Below, in pieces: positions 13,546 to 28,268 of a stretch of DNA of 64,000 nt (positions within the stretch are counted from its first letter, which is position 1; every line of letters begins with the position of its first letter). The DNA is from Vicugna vicugna (Eukaryota), in the NCBI GenBank assembly GCA_013265495.1, contig MU061579.1:3913749-3977748 (forward strand), given 5' to 3'. Under the pieces are notes generated by a model. That model saw nothing but the letters and a program-made list of their open reading frames with translations, had not been told where the DNA came from and searched no databases. A program made the position numbers and the translations under genes.

Positions 13546-15207
13546 TATACATACATGTATATATACATGTATGCATATAAATAATATATAATATTCATAT
13601 TCTTACTGAAAGCTGCTTAAACACTTTTGTATAGATAAAGAGAAGGAAAACCTTATATTCCTGACACTATTACTCTTCCCTAACCTTAGCCCTTTCCATT
13701 CTTGCTTACTTTTCTAATTTGAGGAGTAGAATTATGCAAACAAGTTCCAGATTCTCCAGTGTAAAGTCATTCCACATATTAGTTGAGCACCTGTTATGCC
13801 CCAGACATTACAGTTAGGAGGAGACAGGACAGATGAAATCTCATCCTTCATAGATCACACAGCCTACTGAATAAATTAGGTAAATAAAACGACAACAATA
13901 ACAAAGGAACAATGAAAAAGGAGGGAAATGACTGACTAAAAGAATGGCAGTGTGTAGTGGATCCAGTAGAGAAAACTAAGTGGTGCCATGGAAATACTGG
14001 AGAAGGAACTAGACTGGAGGTGGATAATACTTCCCTCAGACATAGCAATCACTGAGGAGGAGATCATTTAATCTGAAACACTAAGATTAAGAAAAGGACA
14101 GTCATATCAAGAAGAGGGGGAAGCAGATGTCCAGAAGGAAGGAATAGTATGTATAAAAGATCTCAAATATCTTTCAACTTTGAGTCTAAAGTCCCAGAGT
14201 TTGTATGCTGAGGAACTCAATAAAGTCAAAATAATGTATTTATGAAAGGATATGGATAAATGACTATCTCTTCCAGGACAGGAATTCCAGCTGAGTCTGA
14301 CTAGATACCACCCAATGAGATTTTCCTCAGGAGCTCCTAGTGTTCTGTTTAGGAGAAGAAACGTGTCTCTTTATAGAAATCATATGAACAGCATAAAAGA
14401 GACACTGCAGAAAATGCTTTAACTCTTTCAGAGGCAGTTATTTTGGTCCAATGATCATGAAAGTCATTTATTTGACAAAATGTTGGTAGGTAAATAGTTA
14501 ATGTTTATTGAGCAGATATTCCATGCCAGATCCCAATCCAAGCATGTTATAAAAATTGTTCAACTTAATTCTAAGATTTATCCTATAAAGCAGATACTAT
14601 TGACATTGCTTAGTTTACAAATGAGAAAACTTAGGTTTAGACAGGTTTAAAACCTTGTCTAGTGTCACATAATGTCATTATAAACTGTAATGATAAGCCT
14701 GAAATATTGTATAGTTTGAAATTATTGCATGTTAAGTAGTAAGCTTTGCAAAATAGGATGTGAATACACACAGAGACCAATACAATAAGATTCCTGATAT
14801 GCAGATGCTCACATCTCTCTGGCTTGTACAAAGAGTTGAACTAAAAGATAAACATCGGAAACTATGCTGAGATTATATAACAAGATAGCAGCTGAGGAAA
14901 ATGGCATAAATTCGCCTGACATATAGAATAAGAATCCACGTAACATTTGAGTTTAGATAGTCCTACATTCTCTTTGCCTACTCATGATTACATGGATTTT
15001 GTTTCACGAATGTCCTTTGATTATTGTAAGATAAATTTATGAAAAATTTCTATTATAAATCTGCCAAAGCTCTCACATTAAAAAACAAAACCAGAACAAT
15101 TCTAAATAGATTGTTCAAGATCTATAAAAAGATATAGTTCATGAAAGAGTAACATATGGAAAATCTGACTTTATTTATTCCTTTAAAATGTAAGAAAAAA
15201 ATAACAG

Positions 15208-15646
15208 TGCCAACTAAAAACTGGCACTTGTCATCTGCCTCTACAAGGATTAAATCATTAGCCACTGCTGTTGCTGACCTTCAACATACCCTGAAAGGAG
15301 TTCAGGGCAGAGATCTGGAATGAAGTACAATCTGTGCTCTGGGAAAAAAACTGGCAGAACAGGCCTTCAGATAGTTAGATATTTTCAGATTTTATGAACC
15401 CAAATTCTTGCATTTCTCATATCTAGAAAAGCACTAAAATCATTAATAGAGACACCTGCTCCTTGTGACTAGCAGCAAGCTTCTCCCAAAATGTGTGCTT
15501 GATTGCCTTACCCCTCTTCTGAGTTTCCCCTCCGCCTCTCCAGAACAGTTCCTCAGAGCTATCTGAGACACTGTCTCCTGGGCTATTTTGCCCCAAATAA
15601 AAACTTTACTTACAACTCTCATATTGTACATATTTTTCAGTTGACA
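15208..15646 (+). mobile_element. ERV solo LTR
   Basis: tgccaact...agttgaca inverted termini, with AATAAA near the 3' end. Confidence 0.65.
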
Positions 15647-16031
15647 AAGGCAGGGCTAAAATACTTGTTGACTAATATTCTAATAGTTGAATAACTCATA
15701 GTCAATTTTAAATTACTAATGATCCCTAAAGAAAATTAAGTTTAATACACATTTTGAAAATCATGTTACCAGTTATTGGTTATACGATTACTTAAATAAT
15801 AAACATACAGAAAGAAGATAAAATTTTAGTGTTTAATAAAACATATTGTGTTTCACTGAATTATATATATTTTAATATATCAAAATTTAATATGTATTTT
15901 TCTACACACACCCATATATACAGAAATACACACATACGCCCATATAATAGTAATAATTTTACCTTAGATTTTCAATGAAAAACATTTAAAAATTATAGAT
16001 TTTATAAGTGAAAATGCATTCAGAATCAGAA

Positions 16032-16687
16032 TGTTAGAGCAGGCAGATAGCTAGATATGAGCAGAGAAAGGGAGACACAGGCCAAATGGCAGGAATTGGG
16101 CAGAAAGGAGGGGGTACAGGCCAAATGCAGGAAACCCACATCAGGTAAGCATCAGAGGTCCCTGGGCAGAGAAAGAAAAGCAGGAATCTCTGGCCTGATA
16201 AGCGTTCATACATTTTGGGGTGACAAGTGTCCTGGAGGCCAACAAAGAAAGGTAGGAGAAGGCAGGGATCTCCAGTGTTCAAATGTAACCTTTTGTTCAT
16301 TATGCCCTTATCTCAATAAAACTAGCCTTTCAGATTAGAAGTACCATCATGCACCGATACCATGACACTTTCCATCCAGACTAAATAAAGATAAAAATCC
16401 CTCCTCCCTTTGGGAAGGTGGAATTGGGGTGAAAATCAGGGAATAGGACCCCAAACCCTTCCCTCCCCAATGAATATTCCACCTATTCATTTTTATACTT
16501 TATGTAACCAACTTGCCAAAGAAACTCAGGGCAGCTGCTCCCCTGAGCCTGCCGGCTCTCCCCTTGAGAGTGTACTATCCATCCCTTAATAAATCCTCAC
16601 TTTTCTTTCTTAACCTCTGCATTTTGTCTCTAAATTCTTTCTGGAATGGGACAGGAACCTGGACACTGGCTGCATCTACCAGCAACA
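16032..16687 (+). mobile_element. ERV1-type solo LTR with AGAA TSD
   Basis: TG...CA termini, a 4-bp AGAA direct repeat on both sides, and AATAAA. Related to 44167-44714. Confidence 0.88.
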
Positions 16688-16859
16688 AGAATACTAATAA
16701 ATGTACAGACACATAATTTATTACTTAAATAAACTACCAAAATACCCCCAAAGTGAAATAATTTCTACTAGTTTACATTAGAAAAAGCAATGAAAAAGAT
16801 GAGGTTTACCCATGGAAGTAGATATTTGAAATACGAGGAAATTCAAGCATTTTAGAGAT

Positions 16860-17440
16860 TGTGAAACAGAGCTTTTTGTTGCTTTTTTGCTCTAAGGAAA
16901 TAAAAGAAGACCAACCAAATAAGAAAAACAAAGGCTATTCATTCAGAACTTGCTTTAGCAAGGGAGTCAGACACTGCCACTTGTGTTTTGGCACTTGAAG
17001 AGAGGCAGAGGCGTAGGGAAGCTTTAAAGTAAAAAAGGAAGCCTTCAGGTATGCCCTGATCAGAGATTTAGTAGATGGAAACTGTAGGTGTGCTAACTAG
17101 AAATGAGGCATCCTATGTGACTGATAAAGGGTCATACATTTGATTTTCCTTGGTTTGTCCTCAATTGGAAGCAGGGACAAAAATTAAAGAAGCTGTCAGT
17201 TATTAATCAAGTCCTGGCCATTTTGGGCTAATTGTTATGGAAGTTATTATTTATCTCCTCAGATTGTTCCTAAAGATAGCAGTCTGACTTCCTATAAGTA
17301 TAACTTACAGCAGGCTAACTTCCTGTGTTGTTTCTTGTATATAAGAGGGTTGACTTCCTAGACAGGTGTCTGCAAGTTGTGGATCAGTGTACTATTTTTA
17401 TATGTGGTTCTGCAATTTTTTGTTTGCATTAGTTTTTCAT
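16860..17440 (-). mobile_element. ERV LTR (MER4-group-like)
   Basis: LTR-like composition with a TG start; recognised by pattern only. Confidence 0.5.
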
Positions 17441-18682
17441 CTCCTTATTTGTTTTTCTTTCTCTACAATTAAATTCTCTCCAATTAAAAATGAGGATAGT
17501 CTAAAAGGTTGCAAGCACTGATACTTGAAACATAAAAGTAGCTTCCCTGTGTGTGTGGGGTTGGGGGGTTTGGCTGTATCTATAACAAATTCTGGTAATG
17601 TTGACAAGTTTTCTCTTTTCACTCTAGAAAATACAATCTTTTTACAAATAAACACAGGGAGCTTTTTGGCAATAGAAGAGTTTACAATGGTAGGATAATA
17701 TTGGACTATGTTTTTCCTGATAATAGTAGAGATTAGATCTTTTCTTTCTTTTGTGTTTTTCTAAATTTGCAGATTTGTAAGAGTACAAAAGGGGAGGCTG
17801 CCAAAAGAAGGAAGGAAACATAAATGGATTTAACTTGCCCACTGAATTGGAAGATATTTTATTCCCAGAGGCTCTCTGAAAAGTTGTAAAATTCCAGGTT
17901 TTATGAGTCTTGATTGCTATAATTAACATATGTGAAGTCTTTAAAGTCTCTTCAGAAGCAAGTATATCTACTGAAAACTACATTCAAGCAGCTTTTAAGT
18001 AGAGGGAAGTCTGTTCCATAGATTATAGCTCTCCATAAATGCCTGGCTATTATCAAGGTCACAAGTTGATACCTAACAGTTCACCTGGAGCATAATTTTT
18101 AATGAAATGTAGGCACTTAACTATGGGAGAAAGGGAACTACATATTCTTTCGAAAGCTAGTTCATTTCTACTCTCAGGACAACAGGAAACCTACATATAT
18201 ATGTATATGATGCAAACATTACCCTTAATAAAAGTACGAAAGAAAATGCATCATTAAAAAAGGATTTGCTACCACCTCTGCAGTAAATTCAGAATTTGGT
18301 CTTAAGAGTTTTTCAACAATATGTGGACCAGATCTAGGTAATTTACCTTATAAGAGCAAGCAATGTGTACTGAGGAGAACATTGTATAGATTTAGGAGTC
18401 AAAATGCCTAGATTTTAGTGGTCATTCTCATATCACCTGGATAGTCTGTTCCCTTTTCTGTGAATAAAGTGATTATAGTTGAGAATTTTAAATATTCTTA
18501 AAGATTTCTGGATATTCATATTCTTAAAGAAACTTTAATCTTAAAAGATTTTAATCTTAATATCTTAAAGATTCTTTCTACTATCAAAGTTGTGATTCTA
18601 TAGTCTCACTTCTGCCCCTTTTTCTATTTAGCTTTGTTGATAAGAACTGAACTAAGGAAAGACAAACAATAATACAAATACA

Positions 18683-18785
18683 GGGGGAGGGTAATAGCTC
18701 GGTGGTGGAGTGCTTAGCATGCATAAGGTCCTAGGTTTGATCTCCAATACTTCCATTAAAAAATAAATACAAAAAAAATACAAAA
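18683..18785 (+). mobile_element. tRNA-derived SINE (camelid Vic-1 type)
   Basis: ggggagggtaatagctcggtggtggagtgcttagcatgcataaggtcctaggtttgatctcc (A and B boxes), A-rich tail, aatacaaa-like flanking repeat. Confidence 0.85.
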
Positions 18786-18841
18786 TATAAGTTCTCTTCC
18801 CAAGAAAGTTACAACCTAGTAATGAATATTTTATTACTGTA

Positions 18842-19133
18842 CAGTCATCCTTTGGTATCCACTGCAGATTGGTTCCAAGAGTCCTATAGTATACCAAAAT
18901 CCACAGATGCTCAAGTTCTAACATAAACTGACATAGTACAATGAATGCAGTTGGCCTTCTGTATCCATGTCAATAGACTCAACCAACAACAGATGAAAAT
19001 TTAGATCTGCAGTTGGCTGAATTCATTGATCCAAAATCCATGAATACAGAAGGTTGACAATATATTTATTTAAAAAAACCCACACATAAATGGACCTGTG
19101 TAGTTCAAACCCGTATTGTTCAAGGATCAACTG
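18842..19133 (+). mobile_element. MER2-like TcMar-Tigger element
   Basis: TA|cagtcatcctt...aaggatcaactg|TA terminal inverted repeats with TA TSD. Confidence 0.8.
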
Positions 19134-19469
19134 TATACATGTGTATACACACACTAACCTGTATTATATATACATATAGATATACATATAGTGTATTTTA
19201 TGTATATATACTATATACATATATATACACACTAACTTGCATTACAACATTTGCAAGAAATATCATAGTACAAAATTATATATCAAGCTCTATAAAAATA
19301 TGCTCATAGAAAGAAATTCAAAGATTTGTATTTTTCTTTAAAAATATAATAAAGGAAAGATGGATTAAGAGTACTTTCTTTTTTAGTAGATATATGAAAT
19401 TAAAAGCCTTTTTGAAGGGAATGAAGTTCAATGCTTAAAATATTTATCAAAGTTTAAGTTCTGCAATAA

Positions 19470-20950
19470 ATAGATATTCCTTTTTGTTGCTAAGTAGTAT
19501 TTCATGTATTTCATTATATGAATGTACTACAGTTTGTGTACCCATTCACTGGTTGAAGTACATCAGCTTTGTTTCTAACATTTGGCTAATATTTGTATAA
19601 AGCTGCTATACAATCTCGTCAAAAAGTCATTGTACTAAAGTTTATAATGTGTATTTTAAATTAGAGTCCAAGTTCAAATGGTATTATATCACTTTCTGTG
19701 TAGTTAGGAACCTGACCACAATGTTTCCCAATTCCAACTCATCTGATTTTTACTGTCACTTTTAGATATGCTAACACACAGCATATTGCTGATTTTTTTT
19801 TGCATTAGGCAATTATCTTTAAGAGCTTTAAATTAAAAAAAAATAAACCCACAGTAATGAACTTTCCTTTCCTTTACATCATTTTCAATGTTATTCATTT
19901 CTTTGCAGGGTCCCATGTTTAAGTCTACTATATTATTTCTAGTTGAAAAACATGCTTTAACTCTTTTAATTTCCTTAGCTTTTGTTTGAGAAAGTCTCAT
20001 TTTTGAAACATATTTTTGCTTAGTAGATTATTTTGGTGTGGTAGTTTTTTTTTCCCCCTCCCTTTTTGGCACTTTAAAGATGTTATTCTATTTGATTGTC
20101 TTGCATGTTGTTTTTCTTTTGTCCATTTCTCAGTAATAGTCTTAGGTTACTTATTATTCAAAACTTCTTATATAAATCAATAAAAAATGTTTAAAAAAAT
20201 AAAAAATAAAATAACAGTATAGTAAATTAGAAAAAAAAAACTTCTTAGCTTGGTGGTAGGGGGTGAAAATTTATTTGTATTAAGCCTTATTCTTGGGCAT
20301 ACGTCATGTCCCTGCATTGTAAGAGTCTAGTTTTTCAGTTCTGCTGTTTTTCTGCCACGACAGTTGTGAGTCCAGCATGTAACCCTGCCCTGCCCCAGGA
20401 GTAGAGTTTTCTCTGCAAATTTCCTCTCCTAGCTACAATCAGTTTTCAACTAAGGGCAGCAGTGATGATTGAACCCCATTTCTTCGAATGAACAGGAGAA
20501 GATGGATCTGGATGAAGTTTCCTGCCCCTCTTACATGGCCCCTGCTGTTAACCTCCCTCAGTTCTGCACTGCAATAGAAATTTCTCAGGACTTTTTTCAG
20601 TCTTTTCTATGAATGTTTGGTGGGGTTTGTGGAGAAAGACCCTGAGATAGGTGTAGATACCCCCAAAATCCATAGTCCTCAGACTTTCAGACTATCTCAT
20701 CTGCCAATACTTGGCATTCAAATTGTCCCTTCTTCTAGCTGCACTCTCTTTGTTGGTGCCCAGCTGTGTTTATCTCAAGTGAAAGCATGCTTCTGTCTTC
20801 TCTCTCCCTGCAGTAAATGATTATGTGGCAGTTGCTGGCTCTGCAACTTCAACTCTCTCTTGGGTTTAGCAAAAGTCATGAATTTGACGGTTGTTTAGAG
20901 CCTGGGAGCCATGCTCCAGCTCTGTACATCCTGGACAGGAAGCCAGGTGC
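19470..20950 (-). mobile_element. Old L1M fragments
   Basis: L1M 3'/ORF2 antisense motifs, e.g. tttttgttgctaagtagtatttcatg, cccattcactggttgaag. Confidence 0.55.
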
Positions 20951-21271
20951 CATGGGCTTTTGAGGATAAAATAAGGTCATCATCATCATCATCATCTATA
21001 CTTACAAGTTGAGTACTGTTCTAAGTACTTTACAGCTTCATTTAATTTACTGACATAGTAATACTATAAAGTAGGTAATTAGAGTATTTCTATTTTCCAG
21101 GTAAAATAAGGGATGCACATAGAGAATATTTCACTTGTCCAAATTGCTACAAGAATAGAAATTAAATTATTAAAGTACTGATCCCACTGCTTACACCATT
21201 AAGCCTTAAAACTCTGGTTTCTATCATATGAGGGAGCATGTGAAAGCATCTAAGAGAGAGTTTATGGCTAC

Positions 21272-21693
21272 ATTCAGTAAATACTAAGAAAATATTTTCA
21301 TCATTTCTGTTATTCTTTGTTCCAGGTCCTTGCTGACATGTATTGTCATCTTAAAAATGCCAAAGTCCATCAAAAGTAATTCTAGTTTTTTTGCAAGTCT
21401 TTCCAGTAAATGCTTTTTTTTTTTTAACACTGTCACATCGTGGCACATTTTATTCAGCAGCTTGAGCATTTTAGTTCACAAATAGAATCTAAGTCATTAT
21501 TGATTTCTATGTCCCTTTCTTAGGGGGAAATAAGCTTTCCAACCTGTGTTTATTTTTCGAGGTTAATAATCAGATTGAGTGGTTAATGGGGATGCTTCCT
21601 TCTTGTGGTTACTGTGCACAGAGCTGAAGCTTCCGGACATTTAGGAAGGCGTCCATTGTAAGGGTATACTATTTCCCCTTTAGAAGTTAAGAG
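21272..21693 (-). pseudogene. Relic exon G
   Basis: Acceptor ttacttctctattgctttatactcag| (alternative at 21763), donor AAT|gtagcc. GK*YT~GKYST, PQEGSI~PQQEERI, DSICEL~ESVTEL, VLKKKKHLLERLAKKLELL~VLKMNPNLEDFHYDYIDLL, KMTI~KQTI. Frameshifts and stops present. Confidence 0.6.
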
Positions 21694-22464
21694 CTGAGTA
21701 TAAAGCAATAGAGAAGTAAATATTCTGTGGGTATTTATAGGAGCTACATTATGCAATTTTGACCTAAGATATTTCCCAGAAAAATAACTCAATCTTACAC
21801 TGATGATTTATAAAGGCTTAGACTGGCCTCTTGAAACCACACATCTGTGACACTGATATTTTTAATTTCCTTTTGTTTGTTTAATTTCCTAACCCTATCA
21901 TTGTCAAGTACCAACTGGTCACTGGGAAGAAATGCAGGTTGAAGCAATTTACTCTGAAACTATTTTAAGAGGCCCCCTCTTGATCTAATCATAATTCCTG
22001 ACATTTTCCCCTAGAAAAAAGCTCTGTCTTCAGATTTTGTCATAGGATAAAACTCTTAAAAATTCTTATTAGAACATTGTTCAATTTTAACCTTTTGAGA
22101 CACAATGGACTTTGATTAATTAATAAGCTAATGGACTCCAATCATTCCTTTATTCATTTTAACAATCAATGCATGGACTTCCAACTTTGATTTGAGTAGC
22201 TTTGCTCATAAATATGCCAATCTTAGTGGTTATCCTTTTTATTTCAGAGCATTCTTTTGTTTTATGCATTTTTATTCTTAATGCCTCATTTTTTTTTCTT
22301 TAAACTTTAGGACAATTTATATGAAATTTTATTCTCAAGGATTTCTTACCTAAAAATCACTTGCCCAAATCTAAACAATCATTTCATTTATATTCTATAG
22401 CTATTTTATGTAGAATACAAAGATTATTTAATATTTTTAAGAACACTTACAGGGGGGAGCAGAG

Positions 22465-23070
22465 TTCCAAGGTAATCCCAAACTACACTTGGCTTTGTAT
22501 ACTCTCTTCCTCTTGTGTGGATGGAACCTAAGAATATCAAGAGATACCACTCCCTGTGATTATGTTCCCTTCTATGGCAAAAGGGATTTTTCAGATATAA
22601 TTAATGTTCCAAAGTTTTAAGATAGAGAGATTATGCATGTGAGCCTGACCTAATCATCTGATCCCTTTAATGTAGGTCTAGAGGTCAGAGATGGAGGAAA
22701 TCAGAAATTCAAAGTCCAAGAAGGATCTGATGTGCTTTTGCTGGCTTGAAGATTTTGGGTGCCACATGGCAGGGAATGCAGACAGCCCCTAGGAGTTAAG
22801 AGTGACTTCTGGCTGAAGATTAACAAGGAAATTGGAGCCACCCAGTCCTTTAAACGCAAGAAACTGAATTCTGCTAACAAGAATGAGCTTGGATTCTGAA
22901 TTTCACCCCAGAGCCTCCAGACAGGCGCTCAGCTTGATTTCAACCTGGTGAGCAGAGAACCCAGTAATGTCATGAAGGATTTCTGCCCTACAAAACTTTG
23001 AGTTCATAAATGTCTGCTGTTTTAAGCTATTAAATTGTGGTAAATTACTATACAGCAATAGAAAGTTAGT
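22465..23070 (+). mobile_element. MaLR LTR (MLT1E/F-like)
   Basis: atggcaaaagggatttt...aactgaattctgctaacaa...taaattgtggtaaattactatacagcaatagaaa. Confidence 0.75.
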
Positions 23071-25699
23071 CTATCTTGATTCTTCTTATGTTATGCTGAA
23101 TGTTTCTTTGCCTCATTCTCTTCTTCCTACTGCTAATGACACCTATGTTCTTGTTACCTGGAAATTTAATTACTTAAAAGAAAAATGCATCCATTAAAGC
23201 ATCTAAGTCAAATAGCTATTACATAGGTCATAAATTTACCTCATAGAAGAAGGATCTATTCAGAGCCTAGAGACATATATTGCCTATTTTAATAAACATG
23301 TTTATCTCGTACTTTCTAGTCTGTAAGAATCAAAAGTTGATTATAAAGGAAAGTACACTGAAAAGTAAAAGCAAAAATTTCATAGTGATAAAAAAAATAG
23401 AACTTTGCAAAACAAATATAAGAGCCACAAAACTGTAGTTTGAGGTCACTAATTCTCAGTTATGCTAATTTTAAGAAATATAAGGAGTGTTTGCTAAGCA
23501 ATGGGTGGGTTTACTCTAATTCCCCAGGTGGATAGGGAAGATTAAACCTAGAGATGAAAAAATTTCTTACTTGTTAAAAGGGATTATAAGAATATCCTAT
23601 CTAGCAAGGACTCTGAAGGCATATGGAGAGCCATCACAGGAAATAAATCTTTGTTGCTTTTAGCTTTTGGAATTTTGGAACAGTTTATTACACTACCACA
23701 GGATAACTTAAGTCTGTCCTGACTAAATGTGCTCTTTCTCCAGTCTTTTTCATTTTAATTTAGTGAAACTTCATTCTTCAAGTCCTTTACAGGTAAAATA
23801 CTAAAATTATCCTAGACCCTTCTCTTTCTTTTATTATCAAATATTCATCATTGCATCCATAACTAATCTGTTGATTCTATCTTCAAATATATCCACTTCT
23901 TCCCATTTATTACTCTACCTTGATTTAAGCATACTGAGCCTAATTATCCCTTACCTCGATTACATTAGTCTTCAAACTGCTTTTTATAAAGGCTGACTCA
24001 GTAGCCTTCCTTAGGAAATGTATATTTCGTTAGTCTATCATAAAATTCAGTATGTGATCATTCCATAAATAAAATTTGTACTTTCACCATGCAAGACTTT
24101 TTAACATGAGATATATTTCTAGAATTAAGAGTGCTTACCTATGATATGAAAAAGCATCTCATTTCCAATGGTTTCAAAACAGAAGAACATGACTTACGCT
24201 AGCTCATCAGGTAAACTCAGCAGACATAAAATCAATTTTATTAATGTAAGTTTCTTTTAAAAAGGAATAATAAATATGAAAGGAGACAGGCAAAAAGAAT
24301 CCTGCTGTGTTGGATTAGAATCAGAAGTGTTAGTATTAATTTACAATTCATAAATGTGTATATTTCCTAAGTGCTAAGAGCAGAGAAAGGGTCAAAAAAT
24401 CAATGACTCCAAAAAAAGGAGCACATTTAGCACATTGATTCATTTTAAAATATCTCCTACTACAAGGAACCAAGATCCTTAGAGAAATGGTCATTTCCAG
24501 TACCAAGGCAGGGAAAAAACATAGTGAACCCAAAATGTATTATTGTACCAGAGAGAAAGAACTCAAAAACTTGAGAGTACATGCCAAAAGAAGATAGACG
24601 CCGACTTGAATGGGCTTCATTGGCCAACTTAGGAGCAATATGAGCATAAAATCAATAATAGCAGTGACTGAGTATAACATATATGTCAAGTATACAATAT
24701 ACTCTCTAAAATATTTGAAGGTATCATACCTGAATTTACACTGAACCACACTCAAATAATTCAAATGAGAAGATTTCAATAAAGGAACTATTTAGGAAGT
24801 AAGAACAAGTCTGAAGGAACCAAGAAGAGATGCTAAGGCCCCAGGAATCAATAGGAATAGAAAGGATTGAATGGGCCAGGGGAGGGACTGGTGTTACTTA
24901 GAACCTGGTGAAAGCTGGAACTCTGGAGGGTTGCTGAAGCTTAGAAGGTTTCTGAAACAGTGAGAGAGTGGCAACCTCTCTATTCTGCTCACTAATATCT
25001 AGGCTGGCATCTATTATTAGCCCCACTGGCCAGAGTGTTCAGGTGATACTTCCATAAGAGTCAGTCTGCTTAGCTGGGCAGGGTAGACACAGCATCTGGT
25101 AGAGCAAATATACAACAGTGGCACAATATCATCCCTTTCTGAAAAATCCCAGCTAGCTGGAAATTACAATGTAGTCTATTTCCAGAATTTGACTCAAAAT
25201 TTCCTTCCTAAGTCACCTTAATTCTGTTTTATTGTCAGCCCAATTACTTCTATCCCTGGAATATGACAAAAAATTCTCACTGATTGGCATGCAAAGTGCT
25301 TCCATTTGTTCAAATAACTCTTACGATAACTATTTTAAGGAATGTTTCTAAGAGTCTACTCTTTAATCTACTGTTGCAATAATATCCAACAGATCTCAGA
25401 TTCCTCTTGACCTAATGATACTTTTTTCCTTCTTTCTACATGACACAAAAAGAAAAATGGAGAGAAAAACAGTGTGATTGCTGAAGGCATTAAAACTTCA
25501 GAATTAGTTCAATAAGAAGCATGCAATTTCCACTTCACTCTTAAAGAAGTGTGAAATATTCTTTTGCATCATCGTTTTTCCCTCTCTGCTGTGTCATTTT
25601 CATCAGCATAAAAACATATTTAAAAATCACTCATCTTAGAAAAGAGAGAAAAAACTCTCATTGACCCTAACCCTTCTCTAGATATTTCTTCTTTTATAT

Positions 25700-27310
25700 C
25701 AAAACTCTTAAAATCACTGTCACAATATCCTTTTTTGAAATTTTCTCTTAGCCTGATGCAACTGAGCATTTTTTTATTACCACTTTACAGAAAAATTCTC
25801 TTTTAAAGTTATCAATAACCTCCATAGTACTAAGTCCAGTGGTGGAGTTCAATTTCATTATTATCAGCATTAAGCATAAATGATTACTCACTCATTCCTG
25901 AATTATTTTATTCCCTTGGCTTCTGGAACAACATTTTCTCTTGGTTTCCCTCCTACCTTTCTCAGTGGATACACTTTTTTCAGTTTTTTCACTTTTTCTC
26001 CTTCACCGTCCTGACCACTCGTCTTTGTGTTTCATGGCTTTGGCCTAGTACTCTTCTCTATGTATATTTGATTCCCAAGACTATGGCTTTAAATACTTAA
26101 TTCTGATCCAGATCACTCCCCTAAACTCATCTAGGCAACTCTGTATTTCGTATTGTTAGCTGGATATCTAACCGGACTTATAAACTTGGTACACTTATAT
26201 TTAAATATCTTCTGAAGAACCCCCAATGTTATTCACTAAATATGTGTAGTCTACACCTTTCATGCACATGGTAAACGTGTATCTCTAGCCCCTTTTAAAA
26301 TATAAATGTGGGCATGTCACCTGCTTTGGCAAATGAAGTATTGAGCCTAAGTTATGAGTTTTACTTCTGGGAAGAAGCTTTATGATTTAGTGCATGATTC
26401 AATGTGTTTCCTGACCTATGCCATGGTGATTGTTAAATCACATGTCAACATGGAGTCTTGGTCAGCCTGGGCCCCTCAGGGGTTCTGACATACAAAGCTT
26501 TTGTTGTTAATTTTCTCTGGACATTTATCATAGCTGTCAATGGATTTTCATTGCTTTTTAGCACCTGAGTTTGGAGTTGTTTGTTATCACAGCATACCTT
26601 AGCCTATACTGTCTGTACACTTTCCTAAATGTGCTTCTTCTCGTCTTCTTCATTTTAATTTGATGCAACTTTATCTTCCAGATAGGCCTAAAATCTTGAA
26701 TTTATCCTAGACTCTTCTTTCTCACTCACATTCCACATCAAATCCATCACCAAAAAATGTTGTTTCTATCTTTAAACTTTGTCCGCTCATCACTATATAC
26801 TGCTCCACCCAGATTTAAACAACTATAGCCCCTCTATCGTTTGCCTGGATATTTACAATAGCCTCCAAACTGTTCTTCATCCCTCTCTGTATCCTTAAAA
26901 TATGTTCTCAACTGTATAACCAGGAGTCTTTCAACTACATGTCATATAATGTCACTCATTGATCAAAACCCTACAATGACTTCCTGTCTCAAGGAGAGGA
27001 AAAGGCACACTGGCCTTCTTGTTGTCCCTTTAGCATGTACCAAGTGTGCTCTCTCCTCAAATATTTTCATTTCCCAATCTCTCTACTTGATATATTTCCC
27101 CTGACTCTTTCTTTATTTGGGACTCATCAATGAATCTTTCAACATACGTAACAGCAACTTCTCCCACTTTCTAAACTCCTCATAGGCTTTCTTCTGCTTT
27201 ATTTTCTTCCATGGCATTTATACAACCTGACATCTTATTTATGTATTATTTTGTATTGTCTCCTGCAGTAAACTGTAAGTATTTACAGAATAGGGCAATG
27301 GCTGACATGA
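25700..27310 (+). mobile_element. L2 fragment interrupted by an MLT1 LTR (~26240-26620)
   Basis: Pyrimidine-rich L2 motifs ending in atgaatgaa; internal MLT1 motifs. Confidence 0.6.
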
Positions 27311-28268
27311 ATGAAAGGTAAATAATTACTTCAGATTGTTAACTGCAGGGTGAAAAAGAAGTTTAACCTCAAAGATCATCTATTGCCTGTTGGCTGCGAT
27401 TATTTAAGGCTTCATGCTTTGGATACATAGGCCATATTCTGGCTCAGTGGGAAAGTAGGTCATTCAGAGATGTCTTCTATGACTTCAGAGGAGTTGATAT
27501 TTGCTGGCTTCTAGAACTTCTCATTAAAAACAAAAAAAAAAAAACCTGAAATCTAATTTTGACATTAAAATTTAACCCTGGTTTATAATCAGAGATTTAA
27601 AGTGCTTTATCCCTCATGGGGGAGGTAGTGGTGGAGGTGGAAGGAAATATTAATCACTGGCTTGATAGATTTAGAAGATCTCAAAATCAGAGTGGTGATG
27701 CTAGGTCCCCTTTCTTCACATACTCAGCCCCTCTCTTTCTCTTTCCATGCCTATCTTTCCATCTTTCCTTTTTCTCTGCTACCCCATCTTTCTGACTCCC
27801 ATGCTTTTATCTTTATCTTTCCAATGAAGCTAATCCCTTGCATTCTCAGATACTAGTTAGTTCCACTGACAATATTATCAAATAATATTTATTTTTTCCT
27901 TCTCTTTAACTTGTGAGTGATCTAATTACCACTCTTCTTCAGCAAATTAATTTTTAAACAATGAAATTTTCTCAAATTAACATTGTATGCCAATATTCTT
28001 CTATCCTAAAAAAAGGCATCAAAGTCATCTAATGAAATTCCAAGATTACACTTTAATGTGTGTGCTAGCACAGTGCTGCATACATAAAGAAATTAGCATT
28101 TGGTGAATAAATGATTTAAACAACTGTGTAGCTACCTATCCTATCCCAATGATTTTCTTGAAGGTTGCAATGAATACTAAAAAAGAAATTAGATACAAAA
28201 AAAAATAGTAAAACTGTGATTTTGCTAAGTCTATGTCAGGACCTTAGGTCTTATTACTATTTTCAGAC

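Noticed and set aside
18683..18755. tRNA gene
   Set aside because: Degenerate cloverleaf with an A-rich tail and flanking repeat; it is a SINE.
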